64,000 nucleotides of DNA from an uncultured Gemmatimonadales bacterium. GTDB taxonomy: Bacteria > Gemmatimonadota > Gemmatimonadetes > Longimicrobiales > RSA9. Location of the stretch: contig CAVUKA010000003.1 in the NCBI GenBank assembly GCA_963741945.1, forward strand, positions 668,522-732,521, in the 5' to 3' direction. This document shows, piece by piece, positions 62,577-64,000 of the stretch. A program made the translations under genes and the position numbers. The first letter of the stretch is position 1, and each line of letters starts with the position of its first letter. The notes under the pieces were generated by a model. It saw only the letters and a list, made by a program, of their open reading frames with translations, had not been told where the DNA came from and ran no database searches.

Positions 62577-64000
62577 CTCTCCCCTTCCGGCCGGCGAACC
62601 ACCCCGCGTCTCGCGCGGCCATCCACCCGGATCCGCAACGGCTGCTCGAGCCGTACATGTCGCACGTGTTCCATCTCCCTCAACGCCGGCTGCCGGTCCA
62701 GCCAGTCCCAATCGATGCCGGCACCGAGACCGTGCCGGACGGTGAAGTAGAGTACTCCGAAGCTGGACAGATTATGGAAGAAGTGCGACCCCTGGCTCGG
62801 CTCCACATCCATGTGCGGGAGCGTCGCTTCCACAAGCGCCCGCGCAGAGGCCACGTGGCTCCACTGTACCGGGATTCCCAGCCACGGATCCGAGCTGCCC
62901 CACCGGCCGAAGCCGATCAGCATGCACTCTCGTCCCTCCTCCAGCAGGGAAGCGTTCACCTCGGCCACTTCCCTGGCGATCGCCGGCGTCCGCTTCGCCT
63001 CGAACCGGTCGGGGCGCACGTACACCACATCCCGAACATCGTCCCACTCGCCGTTCCCCATGGCCGCCCGGGACGCCAGGAGCACGTCCGCACCCTCCAG
63101 CTCTTCCGTATTCACGTCCACCGCCTCCCCCGGCGCCACCATCCCACGGAGCTGCACCAGCCCCATCCGCATCTCGGGCGAAGCCGCGGTGGGGAGCGTC
63201 GCCGCCAGCTCGATCTCCACGGGGCCGCCCAGCGCCTGCGACGACACGTCCAGCAGCCTCCGGACCACGTCATTGAGCGGGTGCTGCCGAAGCTCCAGGA
63301 GCGGCGCGAAGTTCAGCACCCGGGGGCCATCCATGCCGGTCCCCGGCCGGAGGCGGTCGGCGGATGCGTCGTACGTGGAAGCCAGATAGCGCAGCGCGCC
63401 ATCCGCCTCGGCGTCGGCCAGGGAGCCCTCCACCAGGTACTCCTTCTCCTCCACCGGGTCGTACGCCGGCGGCCGACCCATGTTCACGGCCCAGAACCGC
63501 GTCTGTGTCTCGGCCAGGACCCGCCGGGTCGACGCGAACGGAGCGGGCGCCCGCGGATGCGCGGGCGAGTAGGTCCAGACCACACCGCCATCCACGATGG
63601 TCTTGCCCAACCCGAGAGCCAGGTCCACCACCCCATCCTCCGGCTTCGCTTTCCCGATCGGGTAGTAGCTGTAGGAGCGGGCCACGGCGGAGAGGTGTGG
63701 ATAGAAGCGGGGGCCGTGCCGGGCGCCCACGATCTCCTGGATCATGACCGCCATCGACTCGTCGGAGTCTTCCACGCCGATGACCCTTCGGTACGTCCGC
63801 GCGGCCGAGAAGTGGGTGGAGGCATAGACGAACTTCACCGCCTCCAGGAGGCGCGCGAACCGGGCGCGCGGGTCGAGCTCGAGGTTCGGGATCATCTTGG
63901 TCTCGTAGATCCCGGCGAACGGGCGGCCGAGCGCGTCCTCGAGGCGGCTGGAGGAGCGGATGGCCAGGGGCCGCGTCGCTTCCTCCGCCACGGCGACGAG
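62573..64000 (-). CDS. PEP/pyruvate-binding (PPDK_N-type) domain protein; the N-terminus lies beyond the window end
   Basis: ...PLAIRSSSRLEDALGRPFAGIYETK..MAVMIQEIVG.. and C-terminal CMLIGFGRWGSSDPWLGIPV...SQGSHFFHNL, parallel to the downstream paralogue. The frame stays open to position 64000. Confidence 0.82.
   Translation of the reverse strand, partial: LVAVAEEATRPLAIRSSSRLEDALGRPFAGIYETKMIPNLELDPRARFARLLEAVKFVYASTHFSAARTYRRVIGVEDSDESMAVMIQEIVGARHGPRFYPHLSAVARSYSYYPIGKAKPEDGVVDLALGLGKTIVDGGVVWTYSPAHPRAPAPFASTRRVLAETQTRFWAVNMGRPPAYDPVEEKEYLVEGSLADAEADGALRYLASTYDASADRLRPGTGMDGPRVLNFAPLLELRQHPLNDVVRRLLDVSSQALGGPVEIELAATLPTAASPEMRMGLVQLRGMVAPGEAVDVNTEELEGADVLLASRAAMGNGEWDDVRDVVYVRPDRFEAKRTPAIAREVAEVNASLLEEGRECMLIGFGRWGSSDPWLGIPVQWSHVASARALVEATLPHMDVEPSQGSHFFHNLSSFGVLYFTVRHGLGAGIDWDWLDRQPALREMEHVRHVRLEQPLRIRVDGRARRGVVRRPEGER

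Noticed and set aside
57942-62711. Single 1589-aa minus-strand ORF in the track
   Set aside because: Only its first ~280 codons (from ATG 62576) and its last ~570 codons (the MltD-like gene from ATG 59651) read as real protein. The middle is Pro/Arg/Gly junk overlying the PPDK_N gene, which is in another frame. It is a composite created by the absence of stop codons, not a gene.
1-64000. Search by eye for tRNA, rRNA, CRISPR, integrase/transposase, toxin-antitoxin or known defence genes
   Set aside because: None was recognised. All intergenic regions over 100 bp were read on both strands, and only the repeats, hairpins and promoter-like elements listed were seen. A covariance-model scan would still be needed to exclude small RNAs.

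Overview
Very GC-rich bacterial chromosomal segment with strong G/C third-position bias. Many long Arg/Pro/Gly/Ala-rich ORFs in the supplied track are alternate-frame shadows of real genes. I support about 55 protein-coding genes and found no rRNA, tRNA, CRISPR array, transposase or integrase.

Gene content, in window order:
- A polyphosphate module: a DUF4956 membrane protein translationally coupled to a PPK1 that carries an N-terminal CYTH-like domain.
- Two SusC/SusD-type outer-membrane uptake loci.
- Many secreted peptidases (M28, M20, two M16, S9).
- A Ca2+/cation antiporter.
- A feoB / Cys-rich protein / feoA operon behind a Fur-like palindrome.
- A TlpA-like thioredoxin convergent with a peroxiredoxin interrupted by an in-frame TGA.
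- YigZ, an aldo/keto reductase, Tex, PBP1A and a tRNA-binding protein.
- A small-TM / ABC ATPase / polytopic membrane protein module.
- An S1/P1 nuclease and a class V aminotransferase.
- An eight-gene tightly coupled sugar-modification/glycosyltransferase operon.
- A LysM lytic transglycosylase.
- Two tandem orphan PEP/pyruvate-binding (PPDK_N-type) proteins.

SusC/SusD pairs in such a GC-rich, peptidase-rich context suggest a Gemmatimonadota-like organism (inference only). Four-nt start/stop overlaps (ATGA/GTGA) are very common in this window.

Most notable observations:
1. A candidate selenocysteine peroxiredoxin with a SECIS-like hairpin.
2. The CYTH-PPK1 plus DUF4956 pairing.
3. The coupled operon with two CgeB-like paralogues and an unknown product.
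4. The tandem PPDK_N proteins, one carrying an N-terminal sensor-like module.
5. Three reading-frame disruptions that each need removal of exactly one base.
6. A 24-bp long-range inverted repeat enclosing about 200 bp of intergenic DNA.

All calls come from reading the sequence and from family knowledge. No searches were run.
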